Origin: Selaginella moellendorffii
Taxonomy: Eukaryota; Plantae; Lycopodiophyta
Reading direction: 5' to 3'
Assembly: GCF_000143415.4 (NCBI RefSeq)
Contig: NW_003314398.1
Span: 130,670 to 194,669, forward strand
DNA length: 64,000 bases
Shown here piece by piece: positions 1 to 11,246 of this stretch. Both the position numbers and the translations under genes were made by a program. How positions within the stretch are numbered: position 1 is the stretch's first letter; the number at the start of each line of letters is the position of its first letter. Below the pieces are notes generated by a model. It saw only the letters and a program-made list of their open reading frames with translations, ran no database searches and was not told the origin of the DNA.

Positions 1-1928
1 CAATCGACCTGTACATCATGTCCAGCGTCTTCTTCTGCCAGTCGAGGATGGCGAGCACCTGTCCACTCTCGGGGAGTCCCTCAGGCCACATTGGAACCAC
101 CACGTAGATGACGAACCGCTCGCCCTGCTCGATCTTGTTGACGACTTTGAGAGCCAGCTCTCTGGCGATCAAGTGGTACGCACCGGCGTCGGTGTCAGTG
201 TCCCACGCAAACGAGCTCCCAAGGAAGTACTGGTTCTCGATGTAGATGAAGTCCTTTGCTCGCCGGATGGCATGAATGTAGGCGTCCTGGATGCTGCGGT
301 CGATGGTGCTGTCTTTGCCGCTCACAAGCCCAGCCTTGGCCGCGAGCTCTGGATCCTCGGGGAAGTTTGCCGCGGCACCACCGTCGATAGACCGGAACAG
401 CTGAACGTTCCATGTCGAGGGATCGTCCCGGAAAGTCACCTCGGCCGGGGGCTCGATGTCGCTGACTTCTCTTATTGGCAGCAGCAAGTCCTTCTCGTCC
501 GCCTGCTTCAGCCACCGCTGCTCGAAGTTGTGGAGGACGTCCCAGGCAACCGGCCCCTCGAGCTTGGAATGGATGTCATGCCACGGCTCTCTCGGCCCTC
601 CCTTCTTGATGCTCGCGGTCTGGAAATTTGGCTGGTGGAAGTCGTCACCATGGTAGGAATCGAGCGTCCGGAAGAGCGAGTGGTACTGGTTGTCGTAGCG
701 TCCATCGCAGAGGTCGATCCCTCCCACGAAGCTGACAATTCTTCGCTGCTGCGAATCACCCTGAGCTCCCGGGAGAGGAGAATCGACAATGATGGTCTTC
801 TGGTGGTGAGTGAACATGGTGCCGATCTGGAACTCTTGCACCACGCTCAAGCCGTCGTCTGGATTGCGCGGACACAGCAAGCACTTGACCTGCGTGCCCC
901 TGAAGTAGTCGAGAGTTTCCTGGTCGTGAGTTGCCATGAGCCCGTCCATCCTGACGATGGGAATCGACGTCCTGTCGTCCCACACCAGCATGAGCACACG
1001 AACTCCCTCCTCGGCTTTCCTCTTGAGAAGCTCGCCGAGAGTGACGCCAGAGCTGCCGGGGATTTGCCTCTCGGGATCTCGGATGAGCTTGATCTCGGTG
1101 TAGACGGACCAGCCGGTGATATAGATGAGGTGCTTGGCATTGGTGAGAGCTTCAAAGACGTCCTCCCAGCACCTGGTCTCGGCATGCTTCCCACCACCCG
1201 CGAGCTTGATATCGGGCAGGAAGTTCTCGGTCATATGAGCGTCCTGGTAGAGTGTCACCTTGCATCCCTTCCGCTGCTGGCAGTACGTGAAAGGCACACC
1301 CTGGAACTTCCTTCCATCGCAAAGTCCTCGGCCAAAGCGAGGATCGTTGGTGGCCTCGTGGAACTGGAGCTTGATCCGGACCTTGGAGTCGCCACGCTTC
1401 TCACCGTTGTCGTCGTAGAGATCATACCAGTTCTCCACAGTCTCGCCGCTGAGGAGCTCCGAGACCTCGATGCTAGCTCGGCCCAGGAGCACCGCCCCGA
1501 TGGCCTTGTCGTCCTTGATGGTCACCACCACCTTGGAAACATTGTGTGCGCAGTAAATGTGGAAGCTCTCGTTCCATGACTCGCCCTTTCCAATCATGCG
1601 CGTCCGGCCCACGCGAGTCTTCTCCAGATCGACCGTGGCATAGAACTTGTGTGAGCCATCGCCAGTGATTCCTCCGATAATCTGGAGCAAGGGAAAAAAA
1701 AGGATGATCAATAGCGCAAGAACTCCAAAGAAATGTGCCAAAGAAGAAGAAATCTTGGACAAGATTTGGGATCTGGCTAGGCCTAGATCACGGCCGCAGA
1801 AAATTGGCTCTAGATCGATCGAGATAGCACACCTTATTGAAGAAACCCCCGGCGCTGTGATCGTGCTCCAGGTCCGAGGCCTCGTAGATCGTGGCATGGA
1901 GGGTTCCATGGAGGAGAATGAACGCCAT
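1..1928 (-). CDS. PLDalpha: Phospholipase D alpha (C2-PLD), 5' part; runs off the window start
   Basis: The minus-strand translation starts [17 protein letters not shown] (ATG at 1928), with an intron at about 1683-1832. It then gives a C2 domain ([26 protein letters not shown]), [13 protein letters not shown], the first HKD motif ([10 protein letters not shown]), [17 protein letters not shown] and [13 protein letters not shown]. Confidence 0.95.
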
Positions 1929-2280
1929 TGCCCGAAATCCCTGCAAAATCCGGCGATTTAGACCTCCAATCGATCCCCAAGGCCCGCGGTCGCGAATCCG
2001 GGCGCTTGCTTACCTCGAGATCAAGATGCTAGGCGATGGACGAGCGATAGCGAGGGAAGAACAGTAAGCAGGGCTGTAGCTTTTATATCGCTACGTGTCC
2101 TCTTCCTTTTTAATCTATTTTATCTCTGTTGCCCGTTTCGGTTAAAGGCACGATCCAAATAACGCGCATTCTTTCACCTTTACCCCACCGACACTTAAAT
2201 CTCACATGGTTGGAGCACTTTGTTAGCGCCGCTGCTTAGCTAGCACTTAGCGGGAAAACCTTGCTTACAAGCAACATCAT

Positions 2281-2353
2281 GGTTCCATAGTGTAGTGGTC
2301 ATCACGTTTGCTTTACACGCAAAAGGCCGCGAGTTCGAAACTCGCTGGAACCA
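2281..2353 (+). tRNA. tRNA-Val(TAC)
   Basis: 73 nt, GGTTCCA...TGGAACCA, with a paired acceptor stem, A box (TAGTGTAGTGG), anticodon TAC at positions 34-36 and GTTCGAA T loop. CAA triplets lie upstream and a T-run lies about 20 nt downstream. Confidence 0.93.
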
Positions 2354-2546
2354 TCTTGTTAATTGAAAATTCCTTTTGCGAAATGCGAATTGATCAAACT
2401 GCAGCCCTAAATAATATTCAATACATACGTAAAAGGTTGAGTTCGAATCTCGAAATTGTTGTTGGATGGTTTTAGAATTTTTTTATGAATACTTGGAAGT
2501 GTTCTAGAGCTCGAAAAGCAGTTCAGCAAATGCTTCAGGATGTCAT

Positions 2547-2574
2547 GGTTCCATACGTTTGCATTCTGAAACCA
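2547..2574 (+). pseudogene. Collapsed remnant of tRNA-Val
   Basis: GGTTCCATA-CGTTTGC...GAAACCA, followed by the same 3' flank (ACAA..TCTCTTTGCCTTTTGGGAAATG) as the copy at 8566-8622. Confidence 0.5.
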
Positions 2575-3238
2575 ACAATTTCTCTTTGCCTTTTGGGAAA
2601 TGTTAGAGCCACTAATTTCTTCTTGTGTTGGATTATGTTGTTTCATGACTTCTTTAGTGAAGAATTTTGATAAATATATAAAATATTCCAGTCAGTGTTT
2701 AATTTTGACTGTCAAACTCCAGTGTTGGAAAAGCGATTCCAGCAAATGCCCACTTTGGGGTGCATGGCACAAGATGCCTCTTCGTGCACAGTACAGAAAA
2801 GAATGCTAGATATCAAAGGAGCGAAGCGTATATTAAAATCTGAGGGTTCCTCCAAGCTCGTGTCTTTTTGGACGGGATGGGGATGGGCAGAAGGTTAGAT
2901 CTCATCGATGTCTTCCTGCGATGTACTCTGGAAATTTTCTCTACCATTCCTTTCTGAGCAGATTCTTGCGCTCCATGAAGCTTGCCAGATTCTTGCCTTC
3001 CCTCAGCCGATCGGCATGCGCAAAGCCAGAATAAATGCTCGCATTTGCTATAATCGTTCTATCGGACAGATTTGATCGGGCAGCACGGGGGATGCCTCCC
3101 GATAGGAGAATCCGTCCTTTGAAATATTGGAATGCGGCTCGGTATCAAATCCTCCTCCCGTCCCTTTGCCTTCCTAGCTCTTTGCCTCTTCCTTCCGGCC
3201 TCTTGTTCGTTTTAAACTTTGGTCCTATAGATCGTATA

Positions 3239-4031
3239 ATGTTTTTTTCCAGGAAGAAAGGCGCGAAAAAGAAGAATAGTGGTGGCGGCAGTAAAAGCGA
3301 TCCCGCCAAGAGCAGTGGTGGTGGCAATAAATGTGATCCCGCAAGCGGCAGTACCAGCAAGCCCGCAAAGAGCAGTGGTGGCGGCAGTAAGAGCGATCCC
3401 GCTAGCTGCAGTACCAGCAATCCCGGGAAGAGCAGTGGCGGAGGTACCAGCAATCCCGCTGCTAGTGGGAGTGTCAACAATCCCGCGGCTAGCCGCAGTA
3501 GCAACGCAGCACTCCTCCTGTACGATGATCCGTAAGTTCTTTGCCGTTCTTGACAATATCTTACTGGAACTGAATCTTTTCCTTCTTGCAGAGACCACAA
3601 GGAGCCGTTCCTAATTCCCATCCCCACACTCCCTGAAAAGACTCTATACCTTCGGATGTATGACAATGAAAACGATTCCTTCCAGCATCTAACATGGATT
3701 CCCTGACAGGAGAATCATCAACAAAGCCTTGTGTATGATCTTTACGATCGTCTCTCTGACGCCCCAGATAGACAAAGAGCTATTCAAGGACCTGGCCAAG
3801 CATTTCACTCGCAAGTTCAGGGCGGACAGGGAAAGCGTCACCAAGGAGGAGTACGTGATCTGGGCGTTCAACATGGGCCTGCCTTTCATGAAGAACAACA
3901 AGTCTCTGGCGGGGACCAACATCTACCTCAGGATTTGGATCCAACTAGGCTGGTACGTTGGTGTTCGCCGTTGGAGATCTGCGAGCTCGCTGTGGAGGAA
4001 GCACGGCGACGTTGACGCGAGATCTCCTTAA
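3239..4031 (+). CDS. Hypothetical protein: Gly/Ser-rich repeat N-terminus plus an orphan C-terminal domain (3 exons)
   Basis: ATG at 3239. GT-AG introns at 3532-3591 and 3658-3709 splice in frame, giving MFFSRKKG-(KSSGGGSKSDPA)n-LLYDDPDHKEPF...MRIINKALCMIF...KHGDVDARSP. The C-terminal domain aligns with the ORF at 9201-9521. Confidence 0.65.
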
Positions 4032-4669
4032 AATTTTGCAAAAACAGAGAATCTTGCAAGATTCCGCTTCAATCATTCAACGTCTAAGAATCTGGAAAGT
4101 GGTTTGAGTTTGTTTACTAGGTTTTTATGTGAATATAATTATTATTTAGTTGAAGAATAAATTTATATAAACTATAATAATTTTGAGTAATTGACCCTTT
4201 GTAACAAAACCCTTCACTGCTTTACAATTGTGAACGAGCAGTTCCCTGAGAAGAACAGGCATTCCTGTGATCAATTGCATAAACGGCATGGAGTGCTTGA
4301 AGGCCATTACCTTCTCAAACTCCAAAACAGCTGTTTTCTTCCGTGCCAGGCCAACAGCGTCCTCATAGTACGTGATGTAATTGATTCGGTATACAAGATC
4401 ACCTCCATGGTTCAAGAGGCCCGCTGGCAGCGTGCACAGGTTTTGATTGCAGCGGGAAGTCCAAAGAATGTCTGAACCTTCGTGTGCAGTATAAATCACA
4501 GAAATAAAAGGGAATAAAACCAGCACATGATGTACTTCCTTGAGGGTTGGGATGACTCATCCTAAAGTAGTACATTCAAACTGTAATGTAGAATTAGTTC
4601 GGCACAGAAAAAGGAGAGAGCTTCTTGTTAATACTGATGCTTCACAACCTGTACATCTTAAAGAACCAC

Positions 4670-4920
4670 CCCAACACTCTCGTATAGACATCCATAGGCA
4701 AGCTTGATTTCCACAAAGGCATCTACAGTGATTGGATTGTCCAAAGCCCAGACGATCAGCGCCTTCTTTCCAATGGCACCTTCGAACTAGGCTCTGGCAG
4801 CGAGAGATGATCTCCAACATCCTTTTGCAGCGGTGGATCTTTCGTGTAGAATGGCAAAAATCATGCCTGTGGCTCGTGCCTTGCCCCTGTCCATGGGGAT
4901 TTAAAACTTAGATTTTTGTA
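4670..4920 (-). pseudogene. Degraded paralog of the 9201-9521 orphan ORF (direct repeat of about 9277-9562)
   Basis: Shares long blocks with 9277-9562 (CACTCTCGTATAGACATCCA, GAGAGATGATCTCCAACATCCTTTTGCAGCG, AATCATGCCTGTGGCTCGTGC, TTAAAACTTAGATTTTTGT) but carries indels. Confidence 0.75.
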
Positions 4921-5000
4921 TTAAGATTGATCGTCGGTGCAACGTATTTAGAGCTTTCATCGATTCCAGCAAATGTCCCGCGCAAAGGGACTTTGATCAT

Positions 5001-5044
5001 GGTTCCATAGTGTAGTGGGCGAGAGTTCGAAACTCGCTAGAGCC
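5001..5044 (+). pseudogene. tRNA-Val derivative lacking the anticodon arm
   Basis: GGTTCCATAGTGTAGTGG is joined directly to GCGAGAGTTCGAAACTCGCTAG. The A and B boxes are retained. Confidence 0.8.
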
Positions 5045-5274
5045 TCTTGTTTGAAGATCAAGAAAATTTTACCATGCACGAGATCGGACGGCCGTGAGCA
5101 TCTGCCTCCTATTTAGGAGAAACGCGTTGCCTCACTCAACCAATGAACACTCAAGTTGTGTTGCTCACCGTTTGGACATCCACAAAGAAATTTCTGACAA
5201 CCATGTCAACCAACCCTCCCTTGAACGACGGCTGTGGCAGGTTGGGAAACTTTGCAGATTGGGAAACTTGGGAA

Positions 5275-5990
5275 ACTTTGCTCCTGATGATGATGATGAT
5301 GTTCTGAAGACCGGGTTTATAACTTTTGTTTATAAAGCAGTGTCTTTGGATGACACACAGAAGCAGATCGTGGAACCGAGTCTGATGAAAAAGGTGGGAA
5401 AAACTTTGCAGGCAGTTTACTTTAGTGCATGTGCAGGTAATGTATTATTTCTTTACAGCTCAGAGAAGTATTTGGAAAGATAGAACTGAGACAAGCCAGA
5501 TGCAAAACAAGCAAACATTTCCCAGTATTCTATCATTTGCCAGCTTCTCTGGGCTTCAAGTTGAGGAAGTGGGCAGCATTAATCCAGTTCAGGACTTCGA
5601 AGCTTTGTTGGCTCATGCTGCTCGCGCTGGGAAAGCAATGCAAGGTATGAAGAAGATCATCTTCTGGAGCATCGTAAAAGAAAATGCTTACAACAAGGCA
5701 ATGTCATGTCTTCAGAAAGGTTATGTGATGCAAGAAGTGAGTGTTTTTCCAAGTTTTGGTTTTTGTTGCTTTTGAACTCCTCCTTTACATTTCTGCAACC
5801 ACAGGAACCTGGAGAATTCAACGGTTTCTTCTCCCAACTATCAGAGAAGTGTCAAGGAAAGCGCCATGGGAAAGAATTCTAAGAGACCAACTTACATTCA
5901 TCACAAAATAAGAAGCACATGACAGGTAAGTCTTTACTTTCATGACTTATAGTCATTTTTCTTTTTTGCATCAGTGATGTCATGCAGAAA
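5275..5990 (+). pseudogene. KU80: Ku80 C-terminal domain fragment (degraded)
   Basis: VGSINPVQDFEALL...AMQGMKKII...AYNKAMSCLQKGYVMQE|EPGEFNGF resembles the plant Ku80 C-terminal helical domain (recalled: NPIQDFEAMI...KALECV..LRKGCVLEQEPKQFNEF). An intron is retained at about 5737-5804, there are stops and indels, and the vWA domain is absent. Confidence 0.7.
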
Positions 5991-6079
5991 GCGATAAAAT
6001 GGATAAAGAAATGTAATTCAGCTGTAATTGTAATTTACTAACAAAAAATTTAGCTGTTCAACCATAAGATCTGGAATAT

Positions 6080-7070
6080 AGCAAAAATAAGTTAATATTT
6101 ATTTTAAAATTTACTATATTTAGATAAATTTAAAATAAATATGATCAAGAATACTTCTAATGGATGTTGTTTACTTCTCCTATAAGTGTTATTTAATGCT
6201 AACTAGCTAACTCAGAAAATATATCCCCTTCCACTAAAGCTACACTTTTATATAACATATTTGGTTTAAATATAGTAATAATTTCATTAACAAAATTTTC
6301 TATAAATACAAAATATTCAAACAAAGAATTGAATAGAAAGATATTGACATTTTAACTTTTGAAGCTATCAAGTTATTATATTAGAGCCATTGATTTATTG
6401 TTGTGATTATTTTGACACTAATTGTGTAATATAAATAATATATAAGATAGTCATAGAACAAAATTTCAAAGTGGCAGATATCTTGGTTAAATTAGTAAGA
6501 ATGTTATTTAAAATATAGAAAAAATTAAAAATTATAATAAGTTATTATTTATTTTAAAATTTACTATATTTAGATAAACTTAAAATAAAAATTAATTCAT
6601 CTTATGCACTTTTCTGTATATAAATTCATATATATTATATATAAATGAATTGTGGTCATTATTTTAAATGCATTTTATTTTATTTTATTTTTATATTTAC
6701 AAGTTTTTAAGGATAATTAATTTATATAAGGTCCTTCATATATAGTAAAATCTAAATAAATATTAAATTATTTTAAATTTTAAATTTTGTTATATTCTAG
6801 ACAATATTGTCTTGACTTTTTTCACATACATAATAATTTTGAAATATGATGGCTTAACTAGGATACCTATTACTTCAAAATTTTGTTCTATGGATTAATC
6901 AATAATCTTATATATTGTTAACATAGCAAAATTAGCATTAAAGTAACCACATAATAAATCAACATTTGGAATGAAAGGATTAACTTCATAAATAAAATGA
7001 ATTATGGTCATCATTTTAAGTTTACTTTATTTCATTTATTTGTCATTTTCACAAGTTTTTTAAGGAGAAT
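6080..7070. repeat. AT-rich composite repeat with direct and inverted sub-repeats (MITE/foldback-like)
   Basis: Direct repeat at about 6087-6140 and 6536-6590. Inverted repeat at about 6390-6490 and 6855-6962. A related sequence lies at about 19205-19265. Confidence 0.6.
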
Positions 7071-8565
7071 TAATTTAGATTGCAAATCACAATGGTACTT
7101 TGCCCAAGAATTGCTGCATCTTTCTGTCATAGGCATCTTGCAACTCCTGCAGGTAACTGCATAAGAAACACTTGTATGAACTATCTCACGAATTCTCTCT
7201 CCCTCACTGGGATAATGAGTCCATTGGAAAGTTCTTTAAGCCAATGTGCTTGTTCAGTGCTGCTTGATATCTATCGTAGGATTCCTTACCAAGCTTGTCT
7301 TCGCACTTCAGTCTACAGCTATAGAGGGACCCCATGTTCAAGAGAACTCTCCAGAACCTCAAACTTAACTTGTCCAGAATATCCAGGTGGGCTCGTTTCC
7401 ACCAGAATGTCGAGATCATCAACCCTTTTCACCACAAAATATCGCACTGGACCTGCTGCTGCACTACTCGATTAGCATAAACAGCATGCAATATACTTAA
7501 TTAACACATCGAGGTCTGTCATTTTCTTCGCCATAAGCTTTGACTGGAAGTATGTTCTTCAGCATGCGTCCGAACTTGAATGCCTTGGTGACCACCGTGC
7601 GGTTAAGTTTCGCTTATTGCCCAAGGTCCATCTTATTGTTAGATGGCATCCCTTCCTCCACCTGCATTGCACTTGTCAGGAAACACACAAAAAAAAACCA
7701 ACAAACAGTATGTGACACTACCTCCATGAAAAGCCCTTGCTATTGATGAGACTCTTTTGTAGCTTGATTTGGTGGACACCTCAGGATCTTCTTTGCGGCT
7801 ATGGTTAAACCCGCCTTGCCCAGTCCCTGGAAAAGAAAAGCATGATCTTCTAAAAAAATTCTGGCAGTACCTTCGCCTTTCGTGTTTTGCTAGGAGCAGG
7901 CCTAAGAGCAGGTGTTTGCTCTTCTGCCTAGTCAGGCGTTTCCTCAGTGTTCTGGAAACAATATTACTTAATTTCCTAGAAACGATTTCAATTTACCTCT
8001 TCAGAAAGTCTATCTATTTTATAAGCTTAGCTTCTACTTCACTGTCTTCCTCGTTGTCAGATATTTTCCTTTTCTTTGCTGAAGCAATCTTAACCATCTT
8101 AATAGTAATCTGAACAAGTTTCCTTTAAGCACGATTCAGGTTTTCTAGAAACCACATCAACTTAACGTTTTTGTTTTTGTTGGTATAAGATCATGTGATG
8201 ACTCATATTTTCTAACGTTTTGATTATTCTTTGAGACGCAAGTTTCTTGTCAAGCTTTCCAGAAGGTATTTCGATTTCTCTGTTCCATTTGAGAGCAAAG
8301 ATGCATCAAGCCAATGTTCTTCCCCATCCCGTCCACAAAGACACCAGCATATGCGCAATTTTTTCTGTACGGTGGCATCTTGTGTCATGCATCCGAAAGT
8401 GCCATTCTGTGGAATTGACCAAACTTTTTTTCCAGCTCTAGAATGCCCCAAATATTCAAAACTTCTTCATTAAAACCATCAATGCAGAGATTTTGAGAAA
8501 ATGTGAGTCATCAAAAACCATGATCAAGGCTCTCCAGCATTTCCCAAAAGGCAAAGAGAATTTGT

Positions 8566-8622
8566 TGGTTCCAGCGAGTTTCGCACTTGCAACCTTTTGC
8601 GTGTAAAGCAGACGACTACAAA
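8566..8622 (-). pseudogene. tRNA-Val(TAC) pseudogene
   Basis: The minus strand reads TGTAGT-CGTCTGCTTTACACGCAAAAGGTTGCAAGTGCGAAACTCGCTGGAACCA. The 5' acceptor and D arm are damaged and TTC is mutated to TGC. Confidence 0.85.
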
Positions 8623-9200
8623 GTATTCCCGGGCATTTGCTCATCTCCAACCTGCTATAAACCATTAAACTGATTTTAAGGCTTCCAAAAGGTTCCATTG
8701 TCCGGTGATGAGGCGGTTGCAATGCTCCTCTTCAATGCTTAAATCTCAATTACTGTCTTTGGAGTTGCAAGTGAGTAGATTTTCTTGGTTTCAGCAGCCG
8801 CGAATTCCCTGCGCCCAGCGAGTTGCAACGTCGCCGCTGGGATGGTCCAGCATTCTCTGGAAGAGGTATCGACAGCTTCTTGGTCTCCATCCTGTGATAG
8901 TAACCCGAGACAGCTCACCACATCTCTCCATCAAAGATCTCCCTAGTGATCCTCCCTTGGCGGAGAGTTATGACGGATCGAAGACGTTTGATCGCAGAGA
9001 TCTGTGCTCTCCGCAGTTTCGCAGAGCAGCCGCGAATGCGTCTCTTTCCTGCAAATCTTCGCTGGATGGAACGATGCAACCATCGCCATGGAGCTCTCAA
9101 CAGAAAATACAACCTACGTCAAAAGCCCAGAAGCTTGCTTTGTCTTTCATATGGTCAGCTCAAACTCAATCAGCTGAGAGCAAAATGATCAGATGGAATT

Positions 9201-9521
9201 TTAATAGTGATGCTTGAGAAGGGTTGTCACAGCTTGCTTGTGCCTATGCATCCCAAGGAACCACCTTAACCCAAGCCACACTCTCGTATAGACATCCAGA
9301 GGCAAGCTCGATTTCCACGCAGGCATAGCCTTGTCCAAAGCCCAGATTACCAGCGCCTCCTTTCCAATCGCACTTTGATTGTCTCCAATCTGATCTTGGG
9401 CGTTTGGCTCCGGCAGTGAGAGATGATCTCCAACATCCTTTTGCAGCGACGGATCTTGCTCTCTTACCTCGTGTAGCATGGCGCAAATCATGCCTGTGGC
9501 TCGTGCAGTGCCCTTATCCAT
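9201..9521 (-). CDS. Hypothetical 106-aa orphan protein, paralog of the 3239-4031 C-terminal domain
   Basis: Open ORF. KEALVIWALDKAMP...DVYTRVWLGLRWFLG aligns with KEEYVIWAFNMGLP...NIYLRIWIQLGWYVG. Confidence 0.5.
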   Translation of the reverse strand: MDKGTARATGMICAMLHEVREQDPSLQKDVGDHLSLPEPNAQDQIGDNQSAIGKEALVIWALDKAMPAWKSSLPLDVYTRVWLGLRWFLGMHRHKQAVTTLLKHHY

Positions 9522-9563
9522 GGATGATTTGCCCCTAGAACCCTTAAAACTTAGATTTTTGTC

Positions 9564-10805
9564 TCAGGAACTATCGAGATTGATCGTCTCCGTTGTCCCG
9601 AGATGTTTGTGACGAAGCCCATACCTCGCGAGCACCTGATTATCACCGAAGTTTAGAGCTCTCTCCATTCCCACCCGGCATTTCTCTTCGGGGTACGCCG
9701 GATCCTTCCCGCAGGGCTTGCATCCCACAAAATGCGTCACAAAGGGCCAGCGCTCGTCTCCAGGCCCGGGCTGGTTCTTCTCCATGATCTCCTCGTATCG
9801 GTCCACCAGCGCCACCCAGTAGCCATGCAAGTAATACGAGTTCTCCAAGAACACGCGCTCTCCCCACATCTGCTGGTTATTCCGGAGCAGAAAGACGAGG
9901 GCGGACTGATCGTCGGCCTCAAAGACCGGACGATTCCGGAGATTCTGGGACAGAATTTCACCGGCCTTGATCCTGACCGTCCCTTTTGGCCCCATTGGCG
10001 CCCAGGCGTCCAGAAGGTCGAGCGACCACTGGCAATTCCGGATGAGAAAGCTGCCCGTGTTTAGACCCAGCCAGCTGCCCGTGACGTACACCTCGGAGGC
10101 CCATCCGTGCAGCACAAGATTGTGACCAGCGTACTTGGCCAGGGGTATCTGGAAGGCTATGTCTGTGACGACGGCATCGCTGTCGAGCCACCACAGCCAT
10201 TCGATCTCCGGGCGCGCGAGCATCAGACGGCGGAGGAGCGGCAGCTTGGCCCAAAACCCCGTGAGCTGGTCGTCCATGGTGGCGGTGTTGTAAAACACCT
10301 CGATTTCGTGGAGCCGTGCGTAGTCCATCTTGTTCTTGAGCGATCGCAGCAGGAAATTGTCGCCGGTGGGGTTGTCGCAGGGATTGGGCTGCGATCCAGT
10401 GACCATGAGGAGCTTTGTGGGCCGCGATTGGATCGATTTGGACCTCTGCTCGTCCCAGTCGCTGATCTTTGGACCCAATCTGTAAGGATGCTGCTCGATC
10501 TTCGCCTCGATCGATTGGGAAGCTATTCTAGAGTGATCCACACCAGGGAGCGACGGAATGATCGATTGATCACCGCGAATTGCTCGACTAGAGTGATCCA
10601 AACCGCGGAGAACGCGCCTCTGGATTTCGTGGAAATCCTTCTGAGGCGTGCCGAATTCGCCCGCTCCGATCGATCCTCGCAGCATTAGGATCGTCAGGAC
10701 CCCGCACACCACCGTGATCTTGAGTTTGTTGATCGCCTTCCTCGTCGCCGGGCTCCTCAAGCAAATCCTCTTGAAAAACAGGGGACTGGCGACTGAGCTC
10801 GCCAT
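9564..10805 (-). CDS. XXT: Xyloglucan 6-xylosyltransferase-like (GT34), intronless
   Basis: N-terminal TM segment (KITVVCGVLTILMLRG), PYRLGPKISDWDEQR, KNKMDYARLH, WLDSDA (DxD), LNTGSFLIRNCQWSLDLLDAW and WPFVTHFVGCKPC. Confidence 0.93.
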   Translation of the reverse strand: MASSVASPLFFKRICLRSPATRKAINKLKITVVCGVLTILMLRGSIGAGEFGTPQKDFHEIQRRVLRGLDHSSRAIRGDQSIIPSLPGVDHSRIASQSIEAKIEQHPYRLGPKISDWDEQRSKSIQSRPTKLLMVTGSQPNPCDNPTGDNFLLRSLKNKMDYARLHEIEVFYNTATMDDQLTGFWAKLPLLRRLMLARPEIEWLWWLDSDAVVTDIAFQIPLAKYAGHNLVLHGWASEVYVTGSWLGLNTGSFLIRNCQWSLDLLDAWAPMGPKGTVRIKAGEILSQNLRNRPVFEADDQSALVFLLRNNQQMWGERVFLENSYYLHGYWVALVDRYEEIMEKNQPGPGDERWPFVTHFVGCKPCGKDPAYPEEKCRVGMERALNFGDNQVLARYGLRHKHLGTTETINLDSS

Positions 10806-11246
10806 GATCTTCGCTGCGATGATCGTCAATGCCGGGGAAAATGGTGTTTAAATCGCACGAGCTCGTGCTGTAAAGTCCACGCGAGTGTGGATCCCCATCC
10901 ATGGAGAAGAGGATGGACCACAGGGCAATTGAAAGCTTCTCCTGACCGATCGAGTGGGTTGTCTCGATTGATCACTCTCATAGTGACGACAACCTACAGT
11001 CTTTTCTTGACTCTTTTCCCCGTGTTCTCTTCTCCTCTCTGCGACCCAGTCCATAGTTCTCGAATCCCTGCCAGGAACGTCAAGCGTAGATCTCACGACA
11101 AAGGAAAGCTCCTACTCTTTGGAAGAAGAATCTCTGTAAATGACTCGTTTTCAAGGTCTTAGAAAAATCCGAGAAGACTGTGCTTCCATCAGTTCGACCA
11201 CTGTTATTCCCAGGAATGGCATTAGTTACATACAAACCAATCCATA

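Noticed and set aside
173-1579. 468-aa plus-strand ORF
   Set aside because: Antisense shadow of the GC3-rich phospholipase D exon. The conserved motifs are all on the minus strand.
3145-3666. Leu/Pro-rich minus-strand ORFs
   Set aside because: Antisense reading of the Gly/Ser tandem repeat.
4146-4526. 126-aa minus-strand ORF
   Set aside because: Coding-like, but I recognise no motif and cannot build a gene model.
7080-8113. Decayed coding-like sequence on the minus strand
   Set aside because: Many stops and no recognisable family, so no call can be supported.
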